Assembly (NCBI GenBank): GCA_038144855.1
Contig: JAYQOO010000002.1
Span: 36,742-100,741 of the forward strand
DNA from: Acidimicrobiia bacterium
GTDB taxonomy: Bacteria > Acidobacteriota > Vicinamibacteria > Vicinamibacterales > UBA2999
DNA: 64,000 nt
Direction of reading: 5' to 3'
Shown here: positions 1 through 8,596 of the stretch, piece by piece
How positions within the stretch are numbered: position 1 is the first letter of the stretch
How the letters are laid out: the number at the start of each line of letters is the position of its first letter
Position numbers and translations under genes: made by a program
Notes under the pieces: generated by a model
The model's database searches: none
The model's input: only the letters and a program-made list of their open reading frames with translations
Told to the model about the DNA's origin: nothing

Positions 1-741
1 GCCGCCGGAAATATCTTGCAGCGGCACGCCACCCACCATCAGGCCGCTCGGCAGGAAGAAGCTCGTGCCGGCCACCCGATCCATCACCTGAAAGATTGCC
101 GCCGCTTGCAGCGCGGGGAAGGCGAGCAGCAGCAACAGCGCCGAGATCAACTGCGACCACACGAAGAAGGGCAGGCGCGCCAGCGTCAGGCCTTCGCGGC
201 GGTGCTCCACGATCGTGACGATGACGTTGATGGCATTCAGGCCGGACGACACGCCGATCAGGAAGATGCCGGCCAGCCAGAAGGTCTGCCCGGTGGCCTC
301 GATCACGGCCAGCGGTGCGTACGAAGTCCAGCCCGATCGCGCCGCCCCGCCCTCGACGAAAAAGCTGGCCACCATGATCGCGCCGGCGATTGCGTAGAGC
401 CAGTACGCGACGGCGCTCAGTCGAGGAAACGCCATCCGCGACGCGCCGATCTGGAGTGGGACGAAATAGGTGGCGAACGCGCCGGTGGCCAGCGGCACGA
501 CGGCGAGAAACACCATTACCGAGCCGTGCATCGCGACGAGCTGGTTGTAGAACTCGGGCAGCACGATCCCGCCGGGCGCATTGGCCTCACCGAGGAACTG
601 CGCCAACCACTCCGGGAGCGGCTGGCCCGGCCAGGCCAGTTGCATGCGCATCAGGATCATCAGGAGGAACCCGACGAAGAGGAAGACGAGGGAGGTGAGG
701 CCGTATTGCAGCCCTATCCTCCGATGGTCGGTCCAGCGCAC
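1..741 (-). CDS. ctaD: cytochrome c oxidase (heme-copper oxidase) subunit I, N-terminal ~247 codons; the rest lies beyond the window start
   Basis: Not in the ORF track because it runs off the edge. Reverse-strand translation starts at GTG 741-739, with an in-frame TGA two codons upstream. It reads MRWTDHRRIGLQYGLTSLVFLFVGFLLMILMRMQLAWPG..YNQLVAMHGSVMVFLAVVPL..GASRMAFPRLSAVAYW..RSGWTSYAPL..LPFFVWSQLISALLLLLAFP. These are the conserved TDH(K/R)RIG, MAFPR(L/M)N-like and GWT.Y.PL blocks of subunit I. Confidence 0.85.
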   Translation of the reverse strand, partial: MRWTDHRRIGLQYGLTSLVFLFVGFLLMILMRMQLAWPGQPLPEWLAQFLGEANAPGGIVLPEFYNQLVAMHGSVMVFLAVVPLATGAFATYFVPLQIGASRMAFPRLSAVAYWLYAIAGAIMVASFFVEGGAARSGWTSYAPLAVIEATGQTFWLAGIFLIGVSSGLNAINVIVTIVEHRREGLTLARLPFFVWSQLISALLLLLAFPALQAAAIFQVMDRVAGTSFFLPSGLMVGGVPLQDISGG

Positions 742-752
742 GTTTCAGAGGC

Positions 753-794
753 TATCAGCTTTCCGCTTTCGGCCCTCGGCTTTCGGCTCTCGGC
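753..794. repeat. six tandem heptamers (TATCAGC TTTCCGC TTTCGGC CCTCGGC TTTCGGC TCTCGGC; GCCGARA on the ctaD strand) in the 68-bp divergent intergenic region
   Basis: Read directly from the sequence. There is an uninterrupted 7-nt period over 42 nt between the ctaD start (741) and the M61 peptidase start (810). Confidence 0.7.
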
Positions 795-809
795 TACACT
801 ACTGGCACG

Positions 810-2612
810 ATGAAATCCAAACTGCTCCTTGCCGTCGTGATGCTGTCTGCCGTGGTCTGCAGCGCCGCAACAGCGGCGGCACAGGCCCTCGCGCCGATTC
901 GCTACACGCTGCGCTTCCCCGCGCCGCACACCCACTATGTGGAAGTGGAGGCGGTGATTCCGTCAGCCGGCCGTGCCGAGGTCGAGGTCTACATGGCCAC
1001 GTGGACGCCCGGGTCGTACCTGATCCGCGAATACGAGCGCCAGGTTGAAGCCGTCACCGCGACGGCCGCCAACAAGCCGACCGCCGTCGTGAAGTCCACC
1101 AAGAACCGCTGGAAGATCACGACCGGCGGCGCCGCCAACGTCACGCTCCGCTACAAGGTCTACAGCCGCGAGATGACGGTTCGCAACAACTGGGTCGAGA
1201 CGGCGTTTGCCATGCTGAATGGCGCTCCGACCTTCATCACCCTGGTTGAGCGTGCCGCGCGCCCGCACGACGTGCGCGTCGAGCTGCCGGCGGCCTGGAA
1301 GCGCGTCGAAACCGCGCTCGAGCCGATCAGCGGATCGGCGAACACCTTCCGCGCCGCCGACTTCGACACGCTGGTCGACAGCCCGATCATCATTGGCAAC
1401 CCGGTCACCCGGGAATTCACCGTCGACAACAAGCGGCATACCGTCGTCTTCGAGGGCGACACCGCGATGATCGACGCGGACAAGGTGGTTGCCGACGTGC
1501 AGAAGATCGTGCTCGCCGGCAAGGCGGTGATGGGCTCGCTGCCGTACCCGCACTATCACTTCATGACGATGGTGACGGAGTCCAGCGGCGCGCTCGAGCA
1601 CAAGAACAGCTACCTCGGCATGACCAACCGCTTCGCCACGCGCACGCGTAGCGCGTATCTCGACTTCATCGGTACGCTGGCGCACGAGTACTTCCACAAC
1701 TGGAACGTGAAGCGTCTGCGGCCCGTCGAGCTGGGGCCGTTCGACTACGAGAACGAGAACTACGTGAAGACGCTGTGGGTGGCGGAAGGCTTTACCGACT
1801 ACTACTCCGACATCCTGAACAAGCGTGCCGGCATCCAGACGCGGGACGAGTACCTCAATGCGCTTTCCAACCAGATCGAGCAGGTGCAGACGATCCCCGG
1901 CCGCCTGGTGACGCCGGTGGCGATGGCGTCGTTCGACACCTGGATCAAGCAGTACCGTCCCGACGAGAACCTCGCCAACATGAGCGTCAACTATTACCCG
2001 AAGGGCGCGGTGATCGCGTTCCTGCTCGACGCCAAGATCCGCAAGGCTACCAACGGCGCGCGCTCGCTCGACACCGGCATGCAGTGGGCGATGCAACGCT
2101 ACTCGGGAGAGAAGGGCTATACGCCCGAGCAGTTCTATGCAGTGATGAGCGAAGCGGCCGGCAGCGATCTCAAGGGATGGTTCGCGACCACGGCGGAATC
2201 CACCAACGAACTCGACTACACCGAAGCGCTCGAGTACTACGGCCTGCGGTTCCGTCCCGTCGATTCGCGCACCGCGGCCCCGTATATCGGCGGCGGCACC
2301 CGCAATGACGCCGGCCGCCTGGTGATCACGTCGGTGCGTCGTGGCACCCCCGGTATTGACGCCGGCCTCAACGTCGACGACGAAATTATCGCGGTCGACG
2401 ACGTCCGCGTGCGCGCCGACGGTTGGGCGGCGCGGCTTGGCCAGTACAAGCCGGGCGACAAGGTCTCGCTCACCATCGCTCGGCGCGACCGGATGATGAA
2501 GCTCGACGTGACGCTTGGCGCCGATCCAGGTCGTCCGTGGCGACTCGAGGCATTGCCGAACGCCACGCCCGAGCAGGCCGCCCGGCTGGCCGCGCTCATC
2601 GAAGGCAAATAG
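810..2612 (+). CDS. secreted M61 family (glycyl aminopeptidase-type) metallopeptidase with C-terminal PDZ domain
   Basis: Signal peptide MKSKLLLAVVMLSAVVCSAATAAA. Zinc motif LAHEYFHNWNVKRLRP is typical of M61. A PDZ-like segment GIDAGLNVDDEIIAVDDVRV lies near the C-terminus. Confidence 0.85.
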   Translation: MKSKLLLAVVMLSAVVCSAATAAAQALAPIRYTLRFPAPHTHYVEVEAVIPSAGRAEVEVYMATWTPGSYLIREYERQVEAVTATAANKPTAVVKSTKNRWKITTGGAANVTLRYKVYSREMTVRNNWVETAFAMLNGAPTFITLVERAARPHDVRVELPAAWKRVETALEPISGSANTFRAADFDTLVDSPIIIGNPVTREFTVDNKRHTVVFEGDTAMIDADKVVADVQKIVLAGKAVMGSLPYPHYHFMTMVTESSGALEHKNSYLGMTNRFATRTRSAYLDFIGTLAHEYFHNWNVKRLRPVELGPFDYENENYVKTLWVAEGFTDYYSDILNKRAGIQTRDEYLNALSNQIEQVQTIPGRLVTPVAMASFDTWIKQYRPDENLANMSVNYYPKGAVIAFLLDAKIRKATNGARSLDTGMQWAMQRYSGEKGYTPEQFYAVMSEAAGSDLKGWFATTAESTNELDYTEALEYYGLRFRPVDSRTAAPYIGGGTRNDAGRLVITSVRRGTPGIDAGLNVDDEIIAVDDVRVRADGWAARLGQYKPGDKVSLTIARRDRMMKLDVTLGADPGRPWRLEALPNATPEQAARLAALIEGK

Positions 2613-2731
2613 TTACAAACGCGGCTTCGTAGCAATTCCGGGGCAATTTCGCCAGAAGGTGCGAGTTGCCCCGCGCCTCCGCGCTCGTCCCCCCAACCTT
2701 TCACTCCTCACTTCCGTCTATTCGTGTGCTT

Positions 2732-5326
2732 ATGCGTTTCTTGAATGGCGGCCTTATTGCGGCCGCATGTGTACTGCTGGTTCCCACGACATCCTTTGGC
2801 AACGAGCGTTCGGCGAACGAGCGTCGAGCTGCCTCCCTGACAAAGGCGGCGGTGGAGGCGGTGGCCGTTCCGGCGACCAGCCCGATCGTGCTCGACGGCA
2901 AGCTCCATGAGGAGATCTGGCAGCAGGCGCCGGCAATCGCCGAGTTCGTGCAGCGCGATCCCGCCGAAGGTCAATCCCCCACGATGACGACCGAGGCGCG
3001 CGTCGCCTACGACGACAACGCCCTCTACGTGGCCGGGCGCGCGCACGACACCGATGCGTCGAGGATCGTCGGCATCCTCACCAGGCGCGACCAGCGTTCG
3101 CCCTCCGACTGGATTCGTATCGTCGTCGACTCGTACTTCGACAAGCGCACGGCGTATGAATTCGGTGTCAATCCGGTAGGCGTCAAGACCGATCGCTACT
3201 ACTTCAACGACGGACAGAGCGATGAAAGTTGGGATGCGGTGTGGGACGTTGAAGTTGCGCGCGATGCCACCGGCTGGAGCGCGGAGTTCCGCATTCCGTT
3301 TTCGCAGTTGCGTTTCAACAGCGCCGGCACCGGCGGCCCGGTGGGCTTTGCGGTGACGCGGGAAATTGGCCGGTTGGCGGAAACGTCGACGTGGCCACTG
3401 CTGTCGCGCAACGCCAACGGCTTTGTCTCCCAGTTCGGTGAACTACGCGGCCTGAAGATGTCGGGCACGCCGAAGAAGTTCGAGCTGCTGCCGTACACCG
3501 TCGGTGACTTCCGCACGCAGCCGGACGACGCCGGCAATCCGCTGAGCAACCCGCGCGATCCCGGTGCGGCCATTGGCCTCGACATGAAGTACGCGTTGAC
3601 GCCGGGCCTGACGCTGACGGCGACCGTGAACCCCGACTTCGGTCAGGTCGAAGCCGATCCGGCGGTGGTCAACCTCGACGCGTTCGAGACGTTCTTCCAG
3701 GAACGCCGTCCGTTCTTCGTCGAGGGTTCAGGCACGTTCCGCTTCAACATGGACTGCAACGACGGCAACTGCACCGGCCTGTTCTACTCCCGCCGGATCG
3801 GCCGCGCGCCGCAGGGTTCCGCCAACACCTCTGGCGATGAGTATTCCAAGCAGCCGGACTCGGCCACGATCATCGGCGCCGGCAAGCTGACCGGCCGCGT
3901 GGCCGGCTTCTCGATCGGCGCGCTGACCGCGGTCACCGCGCGCGAAGACGCTGAGATCGCTGCGGCTGGCTCGCTGTCGCGGCGCGACTACACCGTGGAG
4001 CCGCTGACCGGGTACACGGTCCTCCGGGCCCGCAAGGAATTCAGCAACCAGTCGTCGCTTGGCTTCATGACCACGGCGACCAACCGCCAAAACGATCCGG
4101 CCACGACGTTCCTCGCCAGCCACGCCTACGCCGGCGGCGTTGACTACGACTGGCGCCTCTCGCCGAAATACAACATCAGCGGCTACTGGGCGACGAGTCA
4201 CATCCAGGGTTCGACCGAGGCGATCACCCGGTTGCAGGAGAACACCGTCCACAGCTTCCAGCGGTCGGACGCCGACTACGTCGAGACCGACCGGTCCGCG
4301 ACGACGATGCGAGGCCATGCCGGCTCGGTGTCGATCGGCAAAATCGCCGGCGAGACGATTCGTTTCAATTCGTTCTTTGGCTACAAGTCGCCCGGGTTCG
4401 ACTCGAACGACCTCGGCTTCATGCGCCGGGCCGACGAGCGGCAGCAGTCGAACTGGATCCAGTGGCGCAACTTCCGGCCAGGCAAGTACGTCCGCACCCG
4501 CAACTTCAACATCAATCAGTACGCGGGCTGGAACTTCGGGGGCGATCGCACCTACTCGGGCGGCAACATCAACTCGCACTGGACGTTCACCAACTACTAC
4601 AGCATTGGCGGCGGCATGAATGTCGACGCAGCGCCGTTCCGCGATCGCGTCACCCGCGGCGGTCCCGGCGTGCTGGGCAATCGCACCAGGTTCAACACCT
4701 GGTACTACGCCAACACCGACAATCGAAAGTCGGTGTCGTTCTTCTTCAACGGCAATCACTGGGCCGACACCAAGGACAGCTCCCGGCACGGCTATGGTCC
4801 CGGTTTCAACTGGCGCCCGACCTCGTCGATGTCGTTGAACATGGGCTTCTGGTACAACACCAACAAGGATGATTCGCAGTGGGTAACCAACGAGACCCGC
4901 GCGGACGGCAGCAAGCGGTACGTGTTCGGACGCATCGACCAGAAGACGCTGTCGATCAACACCCGCTTCAACTACACCATGACGCCAAACCTGTCGTTGC
5001 AGGTGTACGCCGAGCCGTTCGTGTCGGCGGGTTCGTACTCGAACTACAAGGAGCTGGTTGACGGCCGCGCCGAGCGCTACGAGGACCGCTACCAGCCCTA
5101 CGCCTACGGCGGCAACGCCAACTTCAACATCCGCTCGTTCCGCACCACCAACGTGCTGCGCTGGGAATATCGCCCGGGATCGCAGTTGTTCCTGGTGTGG
5201 CAGCAGGGACGGTCGGACTACCTGGATCACGGCGATTTCAAGATCGGCCGCGATTTCAGCGGCGTGTTCGACGCGCCGTCCAGGAACGTCTTCCTGATCA
5301 AGTTCAGCTACTGGCTGAATATGTAA
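2732..5326 (+). CDS. secreted DUF5916-type protein with an N-terminal CBM9-like domain (probable outer-membrane beta-barrel)
   Basis: From ATG 2732 the sequence MRFLNGGLIAAACVLLVPTTSFG looks like a signal peptide. The N-terminus IVLDGKLHEEIWQQAPAIAEFVQRDPAEGQSPTMTTEARVAYDDNALYV..DSYFDKRTAYEFGVNPVGVKTD matches the CBM9/DUF5916 pattern as I remember it. The Y/W/N/F-rich C-terminal half ends in FLIKFSYWLNM. The track start at 2666 is probably an extension. Confidence 0.6.
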   Translation: MRFLNGGLIAAACVLLVPTTSFGNERSANERRAASLTKAAVEAVAVPATSPIVLDGKLHEEIWQQAPAIAEFVQRDPAEGQSPTMTTEARVAYDDNALYVAGRAHDTDASRIVGILTRRDQRSPSDWIRIVVDSYFDKRTAYEFGVNPVGVKTDRYYFNDGQSDESWDAVWDVEVARDATGWSAEFRIPFSQLRFNSAGTGGPVGFAVTREIGRLAETSTWPLLSRNANGFVSQFGELRGLKMSGTPKKFELLPYTVGDFRTQPDDAGNPLSNPRDPGAAIGLDMKYALTPGLTLTATVNPDFGQVEADPAVVNLDAFETFFQERRPFFVEGSGTFRFNMDCNDGNCTGLFYSRRIGRAPQGSANTSGDEYSKQPDSATIIGAGKLTGRVAGFSIGALTAVTAREDAEIAAAGSLSRRDYTVEPLTGYTVLRARKEFSNQSSLGFMTTATNRQNDPATTFLASHAYAGGVDYDWRLSPKYNISGYWATSHIQGSTEAITRLQENTVHSFQRSDADYVETDRSATTMRGHAGSVSIGKIAGETIRFNSFFGYKSPGFDSNDLGFMRRADERQQSNWIQWRNFRPGKYVRTRNFNINQYAGWNFGGDRTYSGGNINSHWTFTNYYSIGGGMNVDAAPFRDRVTRGGPGVLGNRTRFNTWYYANTDNRKSVSFFFNGNHWADTKDSSRHGYGPGFNWRPTSSMSLNMGFWYNTNKDDSQWVTNETRADGSKRYVFGRIDQKTLSINTRFNYTMTPNLSLQVYAEPFVSAGSYSNYKELVDGRAERYEDRYQPYAYGGNANFNIRSFRTTNVLRWEYRPGSQLFLVWQQGRSDYLDHGDFKIGRDFSGVFDAPSRNVFLIKFSYWLNM

Positions 5327-5336
5327 GAATCGCGGG

Positions 5337-5591
5337 GTGACCCTCCGCGACAACATTCGCGACTTCTTCCACGGCGCGGCTTACGGGGCATACGAACGTG
5401 AGCTGCGCCTGAAGGCCGCCGAGCTGAACGATCTCTTCCTGTTGCTCTGCTACATGGAGATCGTGGGGCTCCCCAACCCGGCCACGCTCTACCTGCTCGA
5501 CATCTACCCCTATCTCCTCGAGCAGTTTCATCTCTGGCACAAGCGGATGGGGATGGATCGCTCCCCGCTTGGCAACCTGCCCTGCTGCTGA
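5337..5591 (+). CDS. small protein ending in Cys-Cys-stop ('cory-CC-star'-like family, function unknown)
   Basis: An 84-aa ORF with high GC3 and a GTG start. It ends ..SPLGNLPCC-TGA. The stop lies 2 nt before the GTG of the ArsA-family ATPase gene. The family name and its ArsA linkage are recalled from NCBI family naming and were not verified here. Confidence 0.55.
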   Translation: MTLRDNIRDFFHGAAYGAYERELRLKAAELNDLFLLLCYMEIVGLPNPATLYLLDIYPYLLEQFHLWHKRMGMDRSPLGNLPCC

Positions 5592-5593
5592 CC

Positions 5594-6526
5594 GTGCGCG
5601 CGCTGATCGAAAAGAAGGTGCTGTTCTTCGGCGGCAAGGGCGGGGTCGGCAAGACCACGTCCGCGTCGGCGATGGCGCTTGCGGCCAGCAAGGCCGGCAA
5701 GCGCGTCCTGCTCGTCTCGACCGACCCCGCGCATTCCACGTCCGATATTTTCGAGCGGCCGATCGGTCCGGAACCGGTCGAGTTGCTGCCGAACCTGCAC
5801 GGTCTCGAGATCGACGGCGAGTTCGAGTCGAGGCGCTATGTCGCCGAGGTGAAGGAACGCATCACCGGGTTGTTCGGCCACAGCATTCTCAAGGAAGCCT
5901 CGCGGCAGATCGATCTCGCCGCCAGCATGCCGGGCGCGGAAGAGATGGCGCTGTTCGACAAGATCGGCGCGCTGGTCCGCGACGGCGATCACACCTATGA
6001 CCTGGTGATCTTCGACACCGCCCCGACTGGCCACACGCTCCGGCTGATCCGCATGCCGGAGTTGATGGAAGCGTGGATCAGGGCGCTGTCCCGGTCGAGG
6101 CAGGCGATGCTCGGCGTCGAGCAGGATGACAAGACCGACCCGGTGATGATCTCCCTCAAGGACCGGCTCGAGCACCTGCGCGAGTTCCGCGCCCGGCTGC
6201 TCAGCCCGCGGGTCTGCGCGTTCGTGCTGGTGCTGGTCGCCGAGCGCCTGCCGATCGAAGAGACCGCTCGCGCGATCGAGCAGCTGCAGGAGGCCGGTGT
6301 GACCATTGGCGGCCTGGTGGTCAACCGCGTGCTGCCCGAGACGAGCCCTGATCCGTTCCTGCGGGCGCGCCACGATCAGGAGTCGATCTACCTCGCCGAG
6401 ATCGCGCGGCGGTTTTCGGCACACTCGAAGGTGCGCGTGCCGCAGTTACCATCGGATGTCCACGGCATCACAACACTCGAGCATCTCGCTCGGCTCTTGG
6501 TTCCAGAAAAGGCGCATTCATCATGA
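5594..6526 (+). CDS. ArsA/GET3-family P-loop ATPase (single-domain)
   Basis: Deviant Walker A FFGGKGGVGKTTSASAMA, STDPAHS, and the signature DTAPTGHTLRLIRMPE. Confidence 0.85.
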   Translation: MRALIEKKVLFFGGKGGVGKTTSASAMALAASKAGKRVLLVSTDPAHSTSDIFERPIGPEPVELLPNLHGLEIDGEFESRRYVAEVKERITGLFGHSILKEASRQIDLAASMPGAEEMALFDKIGALVRDGDHTYDLVIFDTAPTGHTLRLIRMPELMEAWIRALSRSRQAMLGVEQDDKTDPVMISLKDRLEHLREFRARLLSPRVCAFVLVLVAERLPIEETARAIEQLQEAGVTIGGLVVNRVLPETSPDPFLRARHDQESIYLAEIARRFSAHSKVRVPQLPSDVHGITTLEHLARLLVPEKAHSS

Positions 6527-7041
6527 CGATCACCAAGCCTCAGGCTTCAGAGTTTGCAGGGTTTTATGCCGGCTACATCGGCAAGGTGCCAGACAGCGGA
6601 CCCGTGGCGCAGTTGACGTCGCAGATCGAGGAACTCGAACGGCTCCGGGCGCTGCCCGACGACAAGGGCAACTACGCCTACGCCGACGGCAAGTGGACCG
6701 TGAAGGAGGTGATCGGCCACCTTGCCGACGCCGAGCGCGTGTTCAGCTACCGCCTGACGCGGATTGCCCGCGGCGACCAGACGCCGCTGGCGGGGTTCGA
6801 CGAGAACGCCTGGGCCCTGACCGCGCCTCACGGCAGGCGCAAGATGTCTTCGGTTGTCGATGAAATGATCGCCATCCGCCGCTCGACGCTGGCGCTGATC
6901 GACTCCCTGGACGAGGCCAGCATTGCCAACAGCGGCGTGGCCAACAACAACCCCGTCACCGCGCGTGCGATCTGCTGGATCCTGGCCGGGCATAGCCGGC
7001 ACCACCTCGACATCCTGGTGGAGCGTTACGGGGTAAAGTAA
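6523..7041 (+). CDS. DinB-family (DinB_2/YfiT-like) metal-dependent four-helix-bundle protein
   Basis: A His triad pattern VIGHLADAERVF .. ILAGHSRHHLDIL in a length of about 170 aa. The start overlaps the ArsA-like stop (ATGA at 6523-6526). Confidence 0.75.
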   Translation: MTITKPQASEFAGFYAGYIGKVPDSGPVAQLTSQIEELERLRALPDDKGNYAYADGKWTVKEVIGHLADAERVFSYRLTRIARGDQTPLAGFDENAWALTAPHGRRKMSSVVDEMIAIRRSTLALIDSLDEASIANSGVANNNPVTARAICWILAGHSRHHLDILVERYGVK

Positions 7042-7049
7042 AAAGACCA

Positions 7050-8504
7050 ATGAAATTCGCCCCCGAGTACGTCACCCACGTACTCAACGAAAACTTCGAA
7101 GACGCCAAGGAGCTGCTGTTGTCGCCGCTCATGGCGATCAACTACGCGCACCTGGTCATGCTGGCCGAACAGGGAATCATCTCGAAGGAAGACGCGCGAT
7201 CGCTGCGCGACGCCCTCGACGGGATCTCGCTCGACCAGGTCCGCCAGGTGCTGTACGACGGCACCTACGAAGACCTGTTCTTCTACATCGAGCGGCTGAT
7301 CGACCAGGCGTGCGGCGTCGACGTGGCGGGGCGGCTGCACACGGCGCGCAGCCGCAACGACCTTGCGATGACGATGTATCGCATCCGGCAGCGTGAGTTC
7401 ATTGCCGGCCTGGCGGAGGCGGCGCTTGAGCTTAGGGAAGCCCTGATCGCCCTTGCCGAACGCCACAAGCAATCGATCTACGGCGCGCACACGCATACCC
7501 AGCCGGCCCAGCCGACGACGATTGCGCACTACCTGCTGGCGATCATCGAGCAGCTCGAACGCGACATGACGCGGCTTGGCGCCGCGTTCGAATCGACCAA
7601 TCGCAATCCCCTGGGCGCCTGCGCCATTACCGGCACCGGATTCCCGATCGATCGCAATCGCACCAGCGAGCTGCTTGGCTTCAACGGGCCGACCTGCAAC
7701 ACCTACGGCAGCATCGCGACCGTCGACTACCTGCTCGAGAGCGTCTCGGCCACCAGCATCATGATCGTCGGTCTCGGCCGCGTCGTGCAGGACCTGCTGC
7801 TGTGGTGCACGATGGAGTTTGGCTACCTGCGCTTGAGCGACGGCTTCGTGCAGGGCAGCAGCATCATGCCGCAGAAGCGCAACCCGGTGGCCCTCGAGCA
7901 CTCGCGGGCGATCGGCAGCAAGGCCGTCGGCCAGGCCCAGGCGATCACCACCACCGTTCACAACACGCCGTTTGGCGACATCAACGACACGGAAGACGAC
8001 CTGCAGCCGCTGGTGGCTTCGATGTTCCGTGATGCGACGCGCATGGTGACGCTGGTGGCGGCGGCGATGAAGCTGGCGGACTTCAACGTCGAGAAGCTGG
8101 CCGAGCGCGCCGGTGAACACGGCACGACGCTGACCGAACTGGCCGACACCCTGGTGCGCGATCACGGCCTGCCGTTCCGCAATGCGCACGCGATCGCGGC
8201 GCTGTTGCTGAAGGCCCGGACCGAAGATCCCAACGTCGCGCTGTCCGGGGCGCTGTCGAAAGCCTCGTCGGCGATTCTTGGGCGGGCCCTCGAATACAGC
8301 GAAGGCGACCTCCAGAAGATCATGAGCCCCGAACACTTCGTGCGCGTCCGCACGACTTTCGGCGGTCCATCTCCTTCGGAAACCGCGCGAGCGATCACCG
8401 AGTCCGCGCGGTTGCTGCAATCGGATCGCGCCAGCTGGCAGGCAAGGCGTCAACAATTGCAGCGCGCCGAAGCGGATCTGAAGGCGAGAGCCGCAGCCCT
8501 ATGA
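7050..8504 (+). CDS. argininosuccinate lyase family (fumarate-lyase superfamily) protein; atypical N-terminus
   Basis: LHTARSRNDLAMT, HTHTQPAQPTT and the superfamily signature GSSIMPQKRNP are present. The usual ArgH N-terminal LWGGRF segment is missing, so assignment to true ArgH function is uncertain. Confidence 0.7.
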   Translation: MKFAPEYVTHVLNENFEDAKELLLSPLMAINYAHLVMLAEQGIISKEDARSLRDALDGISLDQVRQVLYDGTYEDLFFYIERLIDQACGVDVAGRLHTARSRNDLAMTMYRIRQREFIAGLAEAALELREALIALAERHKQSIYGAHTHTQPAQPTTIAHYLLAIIEQLERDMTRLGAAFESTNRNPLGACAITGTGFPIDRNRTSELLGFNGPTCNTYGSIATVDYLLESVSATSIMIVGLGRVVQDLLLWCTMEFGYLRLSDGFVQGSSIMPQKRNPVALEHSRAIGSKAVGQAQAITTTVHNTPFGDINDTEDDLQPLVASMFRDATRMVTLVAAAMKLADFNVEKLAERAGEHGTTLTELADTLVRDHGLPFRNAHAIAALLLKARTEDPNVALSGALSKASSAILGRALEYSEGDLQKIMSPEHFVRVRTTFGGPSPSETARAITESARLLQSDRASWQARRQQLQRAEADLKARAAAL

Positions 8505-8596
8505 GCAACGTGCGTACCACCTACGTCAAGGTGATTGCCGTGTGGGCGATCACGCTGGCCGCGTTGTACGCATTCCAGGTGTATTTCTCGCGCTGA
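8501..8596 (+). CDS. 31-aa single-pass membrane mini-protein (unannotated, below the ORF-track cutoff)
   Basis: MSNVRTTYVKVIAVWAITLAALYAFQVYFSR. 26 of 30 codons end in G or C. The ATG overlaps the lyase stop (ATGA). Its TGA overlaps the symporter ATG (TGATG at 8594-8598). Confidence 0.4.
   Translation: MSNVRTTYVKVIAVWAITLAALYAFQVYFSR

Noticed and set aside
16-813. A 265-aa plus-strand ORF at the window start.
   Set aside because: It is a shadow of the minus-strand cytochrome oxidase subunit I gene, whose translation carries unambiguous heme-copper oxidase motifs. The plus-strand product is Arg/Gln/His-rich and looks like nonsense.
963-2096. Long ORFs antisense to well-supported genes. Examples are 963-2096(-), 3728-5356(-), 7026-8456(-), 8521-9951(-), 11135-12235(-), 12664-14469(-), 33571-34836(-), 36752-37795(+), 41369-43318(+), 44473-45603(+), 46382-47551(+), 54882-55901(-), 56596-57930(+) and 58011-59051(-).
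   Set aside because: Their translations are Arg/Ala/Gly/His/Asp-rich low-complexity sequence with no recognisable motifs. Each lies opposite a gene with clear family signatures. Open antisense frames are expected at this GC content because stop codons are AT-rich.
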